A stretch of DNA of 64,000 nt, from positions 53,674-117,673 of the forward strand of contig JALHMS010000017.1 of NCBI GenBank assembly GCA_022843925.1. Reading direction: 5' to 3'. Under the pieces are notes generated by a model. That model was not told the DNA's origin and did not search any database. It saw only the letters and a program-made list of their open reading frames with translations. The stretch comes from Burkholderiales bacterium. Its GTDB lineage: Bacteria; Pseudomonadota; Gammaproteobacteria; Burkholderiales; Ga0077523. Shown here piece after piece: positions 1-9,935 of the stretch; within the stretch, counting starts at the first letter, position 1, and every line of letters starts with the position of its first letter. Position numbers and translations under genes: made by a program.

Positions 1-2
1 CC

Positions 3-818
3 TTCAACGAACCGGGCGGACGCTACGACCTGAATCACGTGCAGACCACCGCGCGGCAGGACGGCGGGTTCTGGATCCTGAACGGTGCCAAGTCCGTGGT
101 GCTGCACGGCGCCGTCGCCGACCTCCTCATCGTGTCCGCCCGTACCAGCGGTGCACCCGGCGATCGCGAAGGCATCAGCCTCTTCTTCGTGAATCCCGGC
201 GAGGACGGCGTCGGCGGGCGCGAGTACCCCACCTACGACGGCATGCGCGCGGCCGAGATCACGCTCGACAACGTGCAGGTCAGCCACGACTCCCTGATCG
301 GTGTCGATGGCCACGCGCTGCCGGTCATCGAACTCACGGTGGACCGCGCGATCGCTGCGGTGTGCGCCGAAGCCGTCGGCGTGATGGAAGCGCTGAACGC
401 GGCGACGCTCGAATACCTCAAGACGCGCAAGCAGTTCGGCGTGCCGATCGGCCGCTTCCAGACGCTGCAGCATCGGATGGTCGACATGGTGATGCACTGC
501 GAGCAGGCGAAGTCGATGGCGCTGCTCGCCGCCGTGAAGGTCGACGATCCCGACGTCGTCGAGCGGCGCCGCGCGGTGTCCGCCGCGAAGGAACTCATCG
601 GGCGCAGCGGCCGCTTCGTGGGTCAGCAGGCCATCCAGCTGCATGGCGGCATGGGCATGACCGACGAACTCGCGGTCGGGCACTTCGTGAAGCGTCTCGC
701 CGCCATCGACACGCAGTACGGCGATGCCGACCATCATCTGGATCGCTTCGCGACCGCGGCTCAGACGCCTGCGGAACCCATCCTCGCCAAGCCGCGCTCG
801 CGCTGGAAGCAGCTCTGA
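3..818 (+). CDS. Acyl-CoA dehydrogenase (5'-truncated by window edge)
   Basis: Frame open from position 3; ACAD C-terminal motifs RKQFGVPIGRFQTLQHR and IQLHGGMGMTDE. Confidence 0.92.
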   Translation, partial: FNEPGGRYDLNHVQTTARQDGGFWILNGAKSVVLHGAVADLLIVSARTSGAPGDREGISLFFVNPGEDGVGGREYPTYDGMRAAEITLDNVQVSHDSLIGVDGHALPVIELTVDRAIAAVCAEAVGVMEALNAATLEYLKTRKQFGVPIGRFQTLQHRMVDMVMHCEQAKSMALLAAVKVDDPDVVERRRAVSAAKELIGRSGRFVGQQAIQLHGGMGMTDELAVGHFVKRLAAIDTQYGDADHHLDRFATAAQTPAEPILAKPRSRWKQL

Positions 819-859
819 TCCACGCGTCCGCCCGCAGAATCCGTAGCGAAGGAAACGAC

Positions 860-1726
860 ATGATCGACAAGGTGGGAGTGATCGGTGCCGGCCTCATGGG
901 CTCCGAGATTGCACTGGTGTGCGCGCTGGGCGGCAAGGACGTCATCCTGTCCGATACGACCCAGGAGGCGCTCGATCGCGCCGTCGCCAATCTCGCGAAG
1001 GTGGTCGAGAAAGGCGTCCGGCGAAGCTTCTACACCGAGGCGCAGGGGTCGGAGGCGCTGGCCCGCATCCGCACCTCGGTGGACCTCGCGGCGCATGCCG
1101 ACTGCGATCTCGTCACCGAGGCGGTGTTCGAGAACGAGGAGGTGAAGGCGAACGTGTTCCGCCAGCTCGACGCCATCTGCCGGCCCGACGCGTTCATCGC
1201 CAGCAACACGTCGACCATCTCGATCACGACCCTCGCGTCGTACGTCTCGCCCGCGCGCCGGGCCCGCTTCATCGGCACGCACTACTTCTCGCCGGTGTCG
1301 CGCATGCGCCTCGTGGAGGTCATCCCCGGTCTCGACACGGGCGACGGCACGGTGGGCGTGGTGATGGATTTCTGCCGCGACATCGGGAAGGCACCGATTC
1401 GCGTGAAGGACGTCGTGGGCTTCGTCGTGAACCGGATGCTCCACGTCTTCATGATCGAGGCGATCCGGCTGGTGGAGGAGGGCGTGTGCACGCCCGAGGA
1501 GATCGACGTCGCGTGCAAGCTGGGCCTCGGTCATCCCGTCGGGCCCTTCGAGTTGAACGACGCCGTGAGCAACAGCCTGTCGCTGCAGGCCCAGGAGATC
1601 CTGTTCGATGCCTACGGCGAGCGCTTCCGTCCGCGCCCGCTACTGAAGCAGATGGTGAAGGCCGGCTACAACGGCAAGAAGGCCGGGCGCGGCTGGTACC
1701 GCTACGACCCCAAGCCCGGTCAGTGA
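860..1726 (+). CDS. 3-hydroxyacyl-CoA (3-hydroxybutyryl-CoA) dehydrogenase
   Basis: ATG 860 after GAAGGA; Rossmann GAGLMG, ASNTS, HYFSPV, GFVVNR, GHPVGPF. Confidence 0.92.
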   Translation: MIDKVGVIGAGLMGSEIALVCALGGKDVILSDTTQEALDRAVANLAKVVEKGVRRSFYTEAQGSEALARIRTSVDLAAHADCDLVTEAVFENEEVKANVFRQLDAICRPDAFIASNTSTISITTLASYVSPARRARFIGTHYFSPVSRMRLVEVIPGLDTGDGTVGVVMDFCRDIGKAPIRVKDVVGFVVNRMLHVFMIEAIRLVEEGVCTPEEIDVACKLGLGHPVGPFELNDAVSNSLSLQAQEILFDAYGERFRPRPLLKQMVKAGYNGKKAGRGWYRYDPKPGQ

Positions 1727-1761
1727 GGCCGGTTGCCATTTCTTTCTCAGGATCACCCGCC

Positions 1762-2226
1762 ATGCCCAAGTACTACTTCGAGGACTTCATCGTCGGCGAC
1801 ACCGTCGAGATGGGTCGTCGCACGCTATCGCAGGACGAGATCATCGCCTTCGCGACGCAGTTCGATCCGCAGCCGTTCCACGTGGACCCGGCGGCGGCGG
1901 CCACCGGCCCGTTCGGAGGGCTCATCGCGAGCGGCTGGCACACGGTGTCGCTCGTGATGCGGATGATGTGCGACAACTATCTGCTCGACTCCGCAAGCCT
2001 CGGTTCGCCCGGGGTCGACAACGTGAAATGGCTGAAGCCCGTGCGGCCCGGCGACACGATCCGCGCGATGCGAACCATCCTCGAGGCGCGCACATCGAAA
2101 AGCAAGCCCGAGGTCGGGATCGTGAAGTCGCGGTGGGAGGTCTACAACCAGCACGACGAGCCGGTGATGACCATGGAGGGCTACGGCATGTTCGCGGTGC
2201 GGAATCCCGCGCCAGCCGCCGGCTGA
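1762..2226 (+). CDS. MaoC-family (R)-hydratase/dehydratase
   Basis: YFEDF...FDPQPFHVD...IASGWHT hot-dog hydratase motif. Confidence 0.9.
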   Translation: MPKYYFEDFIVGDTVEMGRRTLSQDEIIAFATQFDPQPFHVDPAAAATGPFGGLIASGWHTVSLVMRMMCDNYLLDSASLGSPGVDNVKWLKPVRPGDTIRAMRTILEARTSKSKPEVGIVKSRWEVYNQHDEPVMTMEGYGMFAVRNPAPAAG

Positions 2227-2270
2227 CAACCGTCCGACCCACCAGCAACGCACCCCCGGAAGACACTCGA

Positions 2271-3005
2271 TTGGCTGCCCGCTTCGGACCGAAGGTCCAT
2301 GTCGTGTTTCGCAAGGAAGACCTCGACGGATTGCGCATCGAGGGGAAGGTCGTCGTCGTCCTCGACATCCTCTTCGCCACCTCGACCATCGTCGCCGCGC
2401 TGGCCAACGGTGCGACGTCGGTGATCCCGACGCTCGACGAATGGGGCGCGCGGGCGCAGGCGGCCGAGCTGCCCGAGGACACTTTCGTGGCGTCCGGCGA
2501 GCTGTACGCCGAGACCATCCCCGGATTCGCCCCGCCGGCGCCGCTCGCGCTGGTCGAGTACGGCATCGCGGGGAAGACCGTCGTGTACTCCACGACCAAC
2601 GGCACGGTCGCCATCCAGAAGTCGATGGGCGCCGCCCACCTCTACGCCGGTGCCGTTCTGAACGGCGAGGCGCTCGTGGAACGGGTCTGCACGTCGCATC
2701 CCGGCGAGACGGTGATCATCGTCTGCTCGGGTTCGGCGGGCAACGCGAACCTGGAAGACATGATGGGCGCCGGTTTCTTCGTCGACCTCTTCGCGGCCCG
2801 CTATGCGGGCATGCACGATCTCTCCGATGCCGCGCTCGCTTGCCATCAGCTCTATCGCGGCGGGACCCTGCTCGACACGCTGATGCGTTCCCGCGTCGGA
2901 CGGATGATGCAGGAGCGCGATCTCGTCCATGAGGTCGAGTACGCCGCGCGGCCCTCGGTGCTCTCGGTGGTGCCGCGGCTGGATGGCACGCGGCTCGTCG
3001 CATGA
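2271..3005 (+). CDS. 2-phosphosulfolactate phosphatase (ComB)-like protein
   Basis: VVVVLDILFATSTI, STTNGT, CSG...LED motifs; TTG start approximate. Confidence 0.82.
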   Translation: MAARFGPKVHVVFRKEDLDGLRIEGKVVVVLDILFATSTIVAALANGATSVIPTLDEWGARAQAAELPEDTFVASGELYAETIPGFAPPAPLALVEYGIAGKTVVYSTTNGTVAIQKSMGAAHLYAGAVLNGEALVERVCTSHPGETVIIVCSGSAGNANLEDMMGAGFFVDLFAARYAGMHDLSDAALACHQLYRGGTLLDTLMRSRVGRMMQERDLVHEVEYAARPSVLSVVPRLDGTRLVA

Positions 3006-3391
3006 CGTTCGCCGCGCGCGTATCCGGTCTCGCGCTGCTGGCGGTGGCCATGTTCGCCGCCGGCTGCACCGCCGACGCGTATCGGCGGGAGCGCGAGAAG
3101 ATCGAGTTCGATATGGCCGAGATCGACGATCGCGGGCTCGAGGGGCCGCCGGGCGGCAGGCGGCGCGTGGCCTACGAGTTCTGCATCCCGTCGCGGCAGG
3201 ACTACATCACGCAGGTGCGGGTCATCGACCCGTCCCTGCAGCTTTTCCCGACGGTGCCCGGGCGCTCCGGCTGCACGACCGAGCAGATCCTCGCCATCGG
3301 GCACACCGCGGCGCCGCAATGGCGGGAGCGCATCGAACGCCTCGCCGCTCTGCGCTACGTGAAGCGCATCCTGCGCTCCGACTTCGAATGA
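3002..3391 (+). CDS. Hypothetical lipoprotein
   Basis: Lipobox FAAGC; 4-nt overlaps with both neighbours. Confidence 0.7.
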   Translation: MTFAARVSGLALLAVAMFAAGCTADAYRREREKIEFDMAEIDDRGLEGPPGGRRRVAYEFCIPSRQDYITQVRVIDPSLQLFPTVPGRSGCTTEQILAIGHTAAPQWRERIERLAALRYVKRILRSDFE

Positions 3392-3900
3392 CCGATCCTG
3401 CGAGTCGCCGCATGCGAAACGATGGAAGTCCGCGATCCCTCCGATGCCTGGCGATGGTATCGGCCGTGCTGCTCGTCGTCGGGTGCGCGGCGCCCCCAGG
3501 TCACGACCACGGCCCGGCTGCCGATCATGACCATGGCAACGCCGCCGGCGCCGCGAAGCCTGTCGATGGCACGGCGCTCACGGGCACCATCACCTACCGG
3601 CAGCGCATCGCGCTGATGCCCGATGCCATCGTGAAGGTCTGGCTGCAGGACGTCTCGCGGCCCGGTCTTCCGGTGCCGGAGATCCTCGACGAACAGGAGA
3701 TCCGCCGTCCGGGGCAGGTGCCCATCCCGTTCTCGCTGCGGTACGACCCGGCGACGATCGATCCGACGCATACGTACACGCTGCTCGTTCGCATCTACGA
3801 AGGTGACCGCACGCGGTTCACGAACGCCAAGCCGTTCCCGGTGATCACCCAAGGCGGGTGTGCCGACCGGTGCGAAGTCATCGTGGACATGATGCAGTGA
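3388..3900 (+). CDS. YbaY/YscW-family lipoprotein with His-rich linker
   Basis: Lipobox VVGC; GTITYRQRIAL...LQDVS...GQVPIPF; alternative start 3454. Confidence 0.8.
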   Translation: MTDPASRRMRNDGSPRSLRCLAMVSAVLLVVGCAAPPGHDHGPAADHDHGNAAGAAKPVDGTALTGTITYRQRIALMPDAIVKVWLQDVSRPGLPVPEILDEQEIRRPGQVPIPFSLRYDPATIDPTHTYTLLVRIYEGDRTRFTNAKPFPVITQGGCADRCEVIVDMMQ

Positions 3901-3920
3901 CGAGCGCGGAGGACGCCCCC

Positions 3921-4796
3921 ATGATCTGCGAACGCGACATCGACCTTCCGAACGGACAGCGGCTGCACGTGGCCGAGGCGGGCAGCGGGCCGCTGATGCT
4001 CTTCCTCCACGGATTCCCCGAGGCCTGGTTCATGTGGCGCGGGGCGCTGGAGAAGTTCGGTGACCGGTTCCATGCCGTCGCGCCCGACCAGCGAGGCTAC
4101 AACCTCTCGACGAAGCCCGAGGGCACCAAGCACTACCGTGCGAAGGCGCTCGTGCAGGATATCGTCCAGCTCATCGAGGCCCTCGGCCACGAGCGTTGCA
4201 TCCTCGTGGCCCACGACTGGGGCGGCGCCATCGCGTGGAACGTCGCCGCGTGGCATCCGGAGCGCGTCGAGAAGCTCGTGATCGTGAATGCGCCCCATGC
4301 CGTGACGTTCGGGCGCGAACTGGCCACGAGCGAGGCCCAGGTGGCCGCGAGTGCCTACATGACGCTCTTCCGGCAGGCCAAGGCAGAGCGCGTGATGTCG
4401 GAGGACGACTTCCGGCGTCTGCGCACCATGAGCTTCGATCAATGGGCCGCCAATGGCGGTCCCGGGGACGCTGCCACGCTCGCGGCCTACGTCGAGGCGT
4501 GGTCCCGCCCCGGGGCGCTGACCGGGATGCTCGAATGGTACCGCGCCTCGCCGCTGCATCCTCCGGAGCCCGATGCGCCGCTGCCGGTGCTCGATCCGGA
4601 GATCTTCCGTGTGAAGGTCCCGACGCTCGTGGTCTGGGGAGAGCGCGACCACGCGTTGCTGCCGGGGAACCTGGAGGGGCTGGGCGAAGTGGTGGATGAT
4701 CTGCGTGTGGTGCGCATCCCCGATGCCTCGCACTGGGTCATCCACGAGCGTCCGGCGCAGGTGATGGGGGCCATCGAGGAATTCGTGGGCCGTTGA
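3921..4796 (+). CDS. Alpha/beta hydrolase, epoxide-hydrolase-like
   Basis: LHGFPE, DQRGYN, AHDWGG, ASHWV motifs; GGAGG RBS. Confidence 0.9.
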   Translation: MICERDIDLPNGQRLHVAEAGSGPLMLFLHGFPEAWFMWRGALEKFGDRFHAVAPDQRGYNLSTKPEGTKHYRAKALVQDIVQLIEALGHERCILVAHDWGGAIAWNVAAWHPERVEKLVIVNAPHAVTFGRELATSEAQVAASAYMTLFRQAKAERVMSEDDFRRLRTMSFDQWAANGGPGDAATLAAYVEAWSRPGALTGMLEWYRASPLHPPEPDAPLPVLDPEIFRVKVPTLVVWGERDHALLPGNLEGLGEVVDDLRVVRIPDASHWVIHERPAQVMGAIEEFVGR

Positions 4797-4871
4797 CGGG
4801 TCCATGGGCCGGGCAGGGGTGCCCGGTGTGTTCATCCACGGACGAGGGGAGCGCGACGAGGGAGTGATGCG

Positions 4872-5186
4872 ATGACGATGGTGCGGATCCTGGCGGTGCT
4901 GGCGATCGCAGCGATGGCGGCAGGGAATGCGTCGGCCGAGGACTGCAGCCGGCCGAAGACGCCGGCCGAGCGGCTGATCTGCTCGAACGACCGGGTCAGC
5001 GATGCCCGTGAACACATGACCGTCGCCTTCTTCCTGGCCTACCGGCGCCTCGACACCGACGAGCGCCGGGCCGAGATGCGCAATCAGCAGCGGGCGTTCG
5101 AAGCGAAGGTGCGCGATGGCTGTATCGATGTGCCGTGCATCCTCGAGGCGTACGCGGAGCGGACGCTGGAGCTGGAGCAGAACTAG
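4872..5186 (+). CDS. Small secreted Cys-containing protein (LprI/DUF1311-like)
   Basis: Signal peptide; DC...ERLIC...RDGC...C..AY..R pattern; GGGAG RBS. Confidence 0.6.
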   Translation: MTMVRILAVLAIAAMAAGNASAEDCSRPKTPAERLICSNDRVSDAREHMTVAFFLAYRRLDTDERRAEMRNQQRAFEAKVRDGCIDVPCILEAYAERTLELEQN

Positions 5187-5234
5187 GGAGGTGCTGCGTC
5201 GCAACGCCTCCCTTGCGGACTGCCGTCGCAGCAG

Positions 5235-6341
5235 CTACCGCAGCGCCGGCTCCAGGTGGCGTCGGATGAACTCGTGGAAGTGCACCATGCCATCTTCCAT
5301 CGGCGACTGGTACGGCCCGATCTCGTTCTCCCCGCGCAGCCACAGCGCCTTGCGCCCCTCCTGCATCCGGACGCAGATCTCTTCATCCTCCACGGCGGTC
5401 TCGGCGTAGGCCGCCTGCTCCGCCTCGACGAACTCCGGCTCGAAGAGCGCGATGTCCTCGGGGTAGTAGAACTCCACGATGTTCGTGCAGGCCTCCGGCC
5501 CCTGCGGGAGGATGGTGGAGATCACGAGCACGTGCGGGTACCACTCCACCATGATGTTCGGGTAATAGGTGAGCCAGATGGCGCCCTGCGGAGGTGTCGT
5601 GCCGCCGTAGTACTTCAGGATCTGTTCGTGCCAGCGCCGGTAGACCGCCGATCCGGGCTTGCCGAGGTTCTGGAACACGCCGACGGTCTGGACGCTGTAC
5701 CAGTCGCCGAACTCCCACTGCAGCCCTTCGCAGTCGACGAACTGGCCGAGCCCGGGGTGGAAGGGAACCACGTGATAGTCCTCGAGGTAGACCTCGATGA
5801 ACGTCTTCCAGTTGACCGGGTATTGATCGATGCGGGTACTGTGATAGAGGTAACCCGAGAAATCGAAGTCGCGGCGCAGGGCGGCGCTGGCGAGATCGCG
5901 CGCGACGTTGCGCCGCCCCGAGAACAGGAGACCGTTCCAGTTCTGCAGCGGCGTCTTCGCGAGGTCGAGGCACGGATTGCCCGGGAAGTGCGGGGCTCCC
6001 AGCAGCCTGCCCGTGGTGTCGTACGTCCAGCGGTGGAGGGGGCAGATGATGTGCTCCGTCCGGCCGCGGCCCTTCAGCATGATGGCCTGGCGGTGGCGGC
6101 AGACATTGCTCAGCAGTTCGACGCCCTGGTCGTTGCGGAACAGCGTCCTGCCATGGCCCATCCATTCGAGCGTGTGGTAGTGGCCGGCTTCCGGCACCAT
6201 CAGTTCGTGCCCCACGTATCCGGGGCCGTGCTCGAAGAACAGTTTCATTTCCAGCTCGTGTATCCCCCGCTCGAAGTACCAGTCGACCGGTAGCTGTGTC
6301 GGCGTCGTGGTCAGGGCGGAAAGATTGGCCAGGTCGGTCAT
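5235..6341 (-). CDS. Rieske ring-hydroxylating oxygenase alpha subunit
   Basis: CRH...CPLHRW Rieske motif; NWK...EDYHVVPFHP mononuclear Fe motif. Confidence 0.9.
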   Translation of the reverse strand: MTDLANLSALTTTPTQLPVDWYFERGIHELEMKLFFEHGPGYVGHELMVPEAGHYHTLEWMGHGRTLFRNDQGVELLSNVCRHRQAIMLKGRGRTEHIICPLHRWTYDTTGRLLGAPHFPGNPCLDLAKTPLQNWNGLLFSGRRNVARDLASAALRRDFDFSGYLYHSTRIDQYPVNWKTFIEVYLEDYHVVPFHPGLGQFVDCEGLQWEFGDWYSVQTVGVFQNLGKPGSAVYRRWHEQILKYYGGTTPPQGAIWLTYYPNIMVEWYPHVLVISTILPQGPEACTNIVEFYYPEDIALFEPEFVEAEQAAYAETAVEDEEICVRMQEGRKALWLRGENEIGPYQSPMEDGMVHFHEFIRRHLEPALR

Positions 6342-6534
6342 GATGTGTGTGCCACCCCCATTCCGGGTTGAACTGCGAGAGCATCGAGGATGCTCGAGAG
6401 ACCTCCGCCCAGGAGCGATTCTTCGCCGACCGCAGCCATGGGCTCAGAGAAAGCACCGCCCGCGACGTCTTCTGAAGCAGGCCCGGAAACAACCGGAAAA
6501 ACGGCCCGGCATCTTTCGGGATGCGGGCTTGCCT

Positions 6535-6572
6535 AAAAACAAAAAGCCGCCCGCGACATGCGCGACAACGGC
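6535..6572 (-). terminator. Terminator-like hairpin plus U-tract ~200 nt upstream of the Rieske gene
   Basis: Minus strand GCCGTTGTCGCG-CATGT-CGCGGGCGGC followed by TTTTTGTTTTT. Confidence 0.5.
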
Positions 6573-6713
6573 CCGGGTCGCAACACAGGGAGCGCTGCAC
6601 GACGCTGGATCTCCGGCGTCGGAACCTTGTGCCTTGACAAGACTCGGATTTTCCCCCACCCCGAACCCCGGGGCAAGGACTTGTTGACGCTCTGCAGCAA
6701 GGGGAGAACGCCG

Positions 6714-6743
6714 TTGACCCTGCGTCTTCGCATGGGGTAGATT
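6714..6743 (+). promoter_or_regulatory. Putative sigma70 promoter for xseB operon
   Basis: TTGACC-18 nt-TAGATT, ~30 nt before xseB ATG. Confidence 0.5.
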
Positions 6744-6771
6744 CCGCCCCTTTCCGTGGCTCAGAGTGCCC

Positions 6772-7014
6772 ATGGCGAAAGCCCCCGAATCGAAGGTGCC
6801 TCCGAGCTTCGAAGCCGCCCTTGCCGAGCTCGAAGGCGTGGTTTCCGCAATGGAGGGCAGCCAGCTCACGCTGGAGGCATCGCTTGCGGCCTATCGTCGC
6901 GGGGCCGAGTTGCTGAAGTACTGTCAAGGCATGCTCGAAGACGCTCAGCAGCAGATCCGCATCCTGGAGGGGGAGACGCTTCGCGCCTTGCCCGCATCCG
7001 ATGACGACGAGTGA
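6772..7014 (+). CDS. xseB: Exodeoxyribonuclease VII small subunit
   Basis: SFEAALAELE...LEASLAAYRRG; canonical xseB-ispA-dxs order. Confidence 0.95.
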   Translation: MAKAPESKVPPSFEAALAELEGVVSAMEGSQLTLEASLAAYRRGAELLKYCQGMLEDAQQQIRILEGETLRALPASDDDE

Positions 7015-7924
7015 TACGGGCCCAGGCGATCGCGCGTCGGGCGATCTCGGCGGCTGGATGCAGGCGCGCCAGGATCGCATCGAGCAGGTTCTCGCCTCGA
7101 TGCTGCCCGATCCGGCCATTGCACCGACGCGGCTCCACGAAGCCATGCGCTACGCCGTGCTGGGAGGCGGCAAGCGCGTCCGTCCGCTGCTGGCCTACGC
7201 GGCCGGCGAGGCTGTCGGTGCGGATCCCGCACGGGTCGATCGCGTCGCCGCGGCTGTGGAACTCATCCACGCCTACTCGCTCGTCCACGATGACCTTCCT
7301 TGCATGGACGACGATGTGCTCCGACGGGGTCGACCGACGGTGCACGTCCGGTATGACGAAGCCACCGCCATGCTGGTCGGCGACAGCCTGCAGAGCCTCG
7401 CTTTCGAGGTGATCGCAGAGGGCACGATCGCCGATGATCCGCGCGTCGAGCGCAAGATGGTCGCCATGCTGGCCCGCGCATCCGGATCCCGCGGCATGGC
7501 GGGCGGGCAGGCCGTCGATCTCGACAGCCAGGGCAAGATCCTCTCGGTACCCGAACTCGAGTTCATGCACGGTCACAAGACCGGTGCCCTCATTCTCGTG
7601 GCCGTCCTGCTCGGTGCCCGGTGCGGCAATCCGTCCGACGCGGAGATCGCCGGTCTGGGCCGTTACGCGAAGTTCGTGGGGCTCGCCTTCCAGGTGGTGG
7701 ACGACATCCTCGATGCCACCGCTTCCACCGAGACACTCGGCAAGACGGCGGGCAAGGATGCGGACGCCGACAAGCCGACCTTCGTGAGCGCGATGGGCAT
7801 CTCGCGGGCGAAGGGCTTCGCGGACGAGCTTCTCGCGGATGCGCTCGCCTCCCTCGACATCGTGGCGGAGCGGGGCGAACGGCTCCGGGAGATCGCAAGG
7901 TACGTCGTGGCGCGCGACCGATGA
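7001..7924 (+). CDS. ispA: Farnesyl diphosphate synthase
   Basis: [29 protein letters not shown]. Confidence 0.95.
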   Translation: MTTSDTGPGDRASGDLGGWMQARQDRIEQVLASMLPDPAIAPTRLHEAMRYAVLGGGKRVRPLLAYAAGEAVGADPARVDRVAAAVELIHAYSLVHDDLPCMDDDVLRRGRPTVHVRYDEATAMLVGDSLQSLAFEVIAEGTIADDPRVERKMVAMLARASGSRGMAGGQAVDLDSQGKILSVPELEFMHGHKTGALILVAVLLGARCGNPSDAEIAGLGRYAKFVGLAFQVVDDILDATASTETLGKTAGKDADADKPTFVSAMGISRAKGFADELLADALASLDIVAERGERLREIARYVVARDR

Positions 7925-9771
7925 CCGCTTACCCGCTGCTGGATACCATCGAAACGCCCGCGGATGTCCGCCGACTCGACCGCCGTCGGCTCGCGCAGCT
8001 GGCGACGGAGCTTCGTCAGTTCATCATCGAATCCGTCGCAGCGACGGGCGGCCACCTGTCGTCGAACCTCGGCACCGTGGAACTCACGGTGGCCCTGCAC
8101 CACGTGTTCGAGACGCCGGCCGATCGCATCGTCTGGGACGTCGGCCACCAGACCTACGCGCACAAGATCCTCACCGGGCGGCGTGTGGCCATGGCGACGC
8201 TGCGGCAACTCGGGGGCATCGCAGGCTTTCCGCGTCGGGAGGAAAGCCCGTACGACACCTTCGGGACCGCGCACTCCAGCACGTCGATCAGCGCTGCACT
8301 CGGGATGGCCATGGCGGCGCGACTCGCGGGTCGCCGGCAGCATTCCGTGGCGGTGATCGGCGACGGCGCGATGACCGCCGGGATGGCCTTCGAAGCGTTG
8401 AACAATGCCGGGGCCACCGACGCGAACGTCCTCGTCGTCCTGAACGACAACGACATGTCCATCAGCGAGAACGTGGGCGCGCTGAACAACTACCTCGCGA
8501 AGCTGCTCTCCGGCGGCTTGTACACCGCGGCGCGCAAGGCGGGCGAGCGCGTCCTGCGCGTCGTGCCGCCGGCCCTGGAGCTGGCGAGACGGGCCGAGGA
8601 ACATGTGAAGGGGATGGTCACCCCCGGTACGCTCTTCGAGGAGTTCGGGTTCAACTACATCGGCCCCATCGACGGTCACGACCTCGACGTGCTGGTGTCG
8701 ACGATGAAGAACATCCGGAGGCTCGATGGCCCGCAGTTCCTGCACGTCGTGACGCGCAAGGGCAAGGGCATGAAGGCGGCCGAGGATGATCCGATCCTCT
8801 ACCACGGCGTGTCGAAGTTCGATCCCGCCGTGGGCATCGTCGCCAAGCCTCCGGGGAAGCTCACCTACACGCAGGTCTTCGGCGACTGGCTCTGCGACAT
8901 GGCAGTGCGGGATCCGCGGTTGGTGGGCATCACGCCCGCCATGCGCGAAGGGTCCGGTCTTGTGCGCTTCTCGCAGGAACATCCGAAGCGCTACTTCGAC
9001 GTCGGCATCGCCGAACAGCACGCGGTGACCTTCGCTGCCGGCATGGCCTGCGAAGGCATGCGGCCGGTCGTGGCGATCTACTCGACGTTCCTCCAGCGCG
9101 GCTACGACCAGTTGATCCACGACGTCTGCCTGCAGAACCTGCCGGTGGTGTTCGCGCTCGATCGCGGCGGCCTCGTGGGCGCCGACGGCCCAACGCACCA
9201 TGGAGCCTTCGATCTCTCGTTCCTCCGATGCCTGCCCAACATGGCGGTGATGGCGCCGGCCGACGAGAACGAATGCCGGCAGATGCTGTTCACGGCCTTC
9301 TCCCTCGGAACGCCTGCGGCCGTCCGCTATCCGCGCGGCAGTGGTCCTGGAACCGTGCCTGCGAACGAGATGACCGCCCTGCCGCTCGGCAAGGCCGAGG
9401 TTCGGCGTCGCGGTTCGCGCGTCGCGATCCTGGCGTTCGGGTCGATGGTGCAGCCGGCGCTCGCCGCGGGCGACGCCCTCGACGCGACCGTCGTGAACAT
9501 GCGCTTCGTGAAGCCGATCGACGAGACGCTGATCGCCGAACTCGCCGCGACGCACGATCTCATCGTGACGGTCGAGGAGAACGTCACCGACGGTGGTGCC
9601 GGCAGCGCGGTGGCGGAGTCGCTGTCGCGCAGCCGCATCGCGCGGCCGACGCTGCATCTCGGACTGCCGGACGCGTTCGTCGAGCACGGCGACCACGCAT
9701 TGCTCCTCGCGCGCTGCGGCCTCGACGCCGACGGGATCACGCGCTCGGTGCAGGCGCGGCTTCATCGTTAG
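7921..9771 (+). CDS. dxs: 1-deoxy-D-xylulose-5-phosphate synthase
   Basis: [29 protein letters not shown]; ATG overlaps ispA stop. Confidence 0.97.
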   Translation: MTAYPLLDTIETPADVRRLDRRRLAQLATELRQFIIESVAATGGHLSSNLGTVELTVALHHVFETPADRIVWDVGHQTYAHKILTGRRVAMATLRQLGGIAGFPRREESPYDTFGTAHSSTSISAALGMAMAARLAGRRQHSVAVIGDGAMTAGMAFEALNNAGATDANVLVVLNDNDMSISENVGALNNYLAKLLSGGLYTAARKAGERVLRVVPPALELARRAEEHVKGMVTPGTLFEEFGFNYIGPIDGHDLDVLVSTMKNIRRLDGPQFLHVVTRKGKGMKAAEDDPILYHGVSKFDPAVGIVAKPPGKLTYTQVFGDWLCDMAVRDPRLVGITPAMREGSGLVRFSQEHPKRYFDVGIAEQHAVTFAAGMACEGMRPVVAIYSTFLQRGYDQLIHDVCLQNLPVVFALDRGGLVGADGPTHHGAFDLSFLRCLPNMAVMAPADENECRQMLFTAFSLGTPAAVRYPRGSGPGTVPANEMTALPLGKAEVRRRGSRVAILAFGSMVQPALAAGDALDATVVNMRFVKPIDETLIAELAATHDLIVTVEENVTDGGAGSAVAESLSRSRIARPTLHLGLPDAFVEHGDHALLLARCGLDADGITRSVQARLHR

Positions 9772-9788
9772 GCGATTCGGCGCGCGTC

Positions 9789-9794
9789 TATAAT
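9789..9794 (+). promoter_or_regulatory. Possible -10 element for folE2
   Basis: Perfect TATAAT in a GC-rich intergenic region. Confidence 0.4.
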
Positions 9795-9935
9795 CGGACC
9801 GGATGTGTCGCATCGCGCTGCAACCCGCGACAGCGACATCCGGCGCGCGAATCCACCCCGGTACCGCGTGCCGACAACCTCCGGCCGATCGGGGACATGC
9901 CTCCGACGTCGCCGCCCACGAGAGGACCATTCCCG

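Noticed and set aside
6584-6692. SAH riboswitch resemblance (GAGCGCTGCA, P1-like stem, distal GACGCTC) on + strand
   Set aside because: Lacks the CAGGCUC and AACGGCGCUCA elements, lies upstream of the likely xseB promoter, and downstream genes are not SAH-recycling genes; needs cmscan to exclude fully
7663-9930. 755-aa antisense ORF, and similar ones at 26464-28653, 33623-36124, 43344-45872, 58598-60415
   Set aside because: Shadow ORFs opposite well-supported genes, typical of high-GC DNA; no motifs
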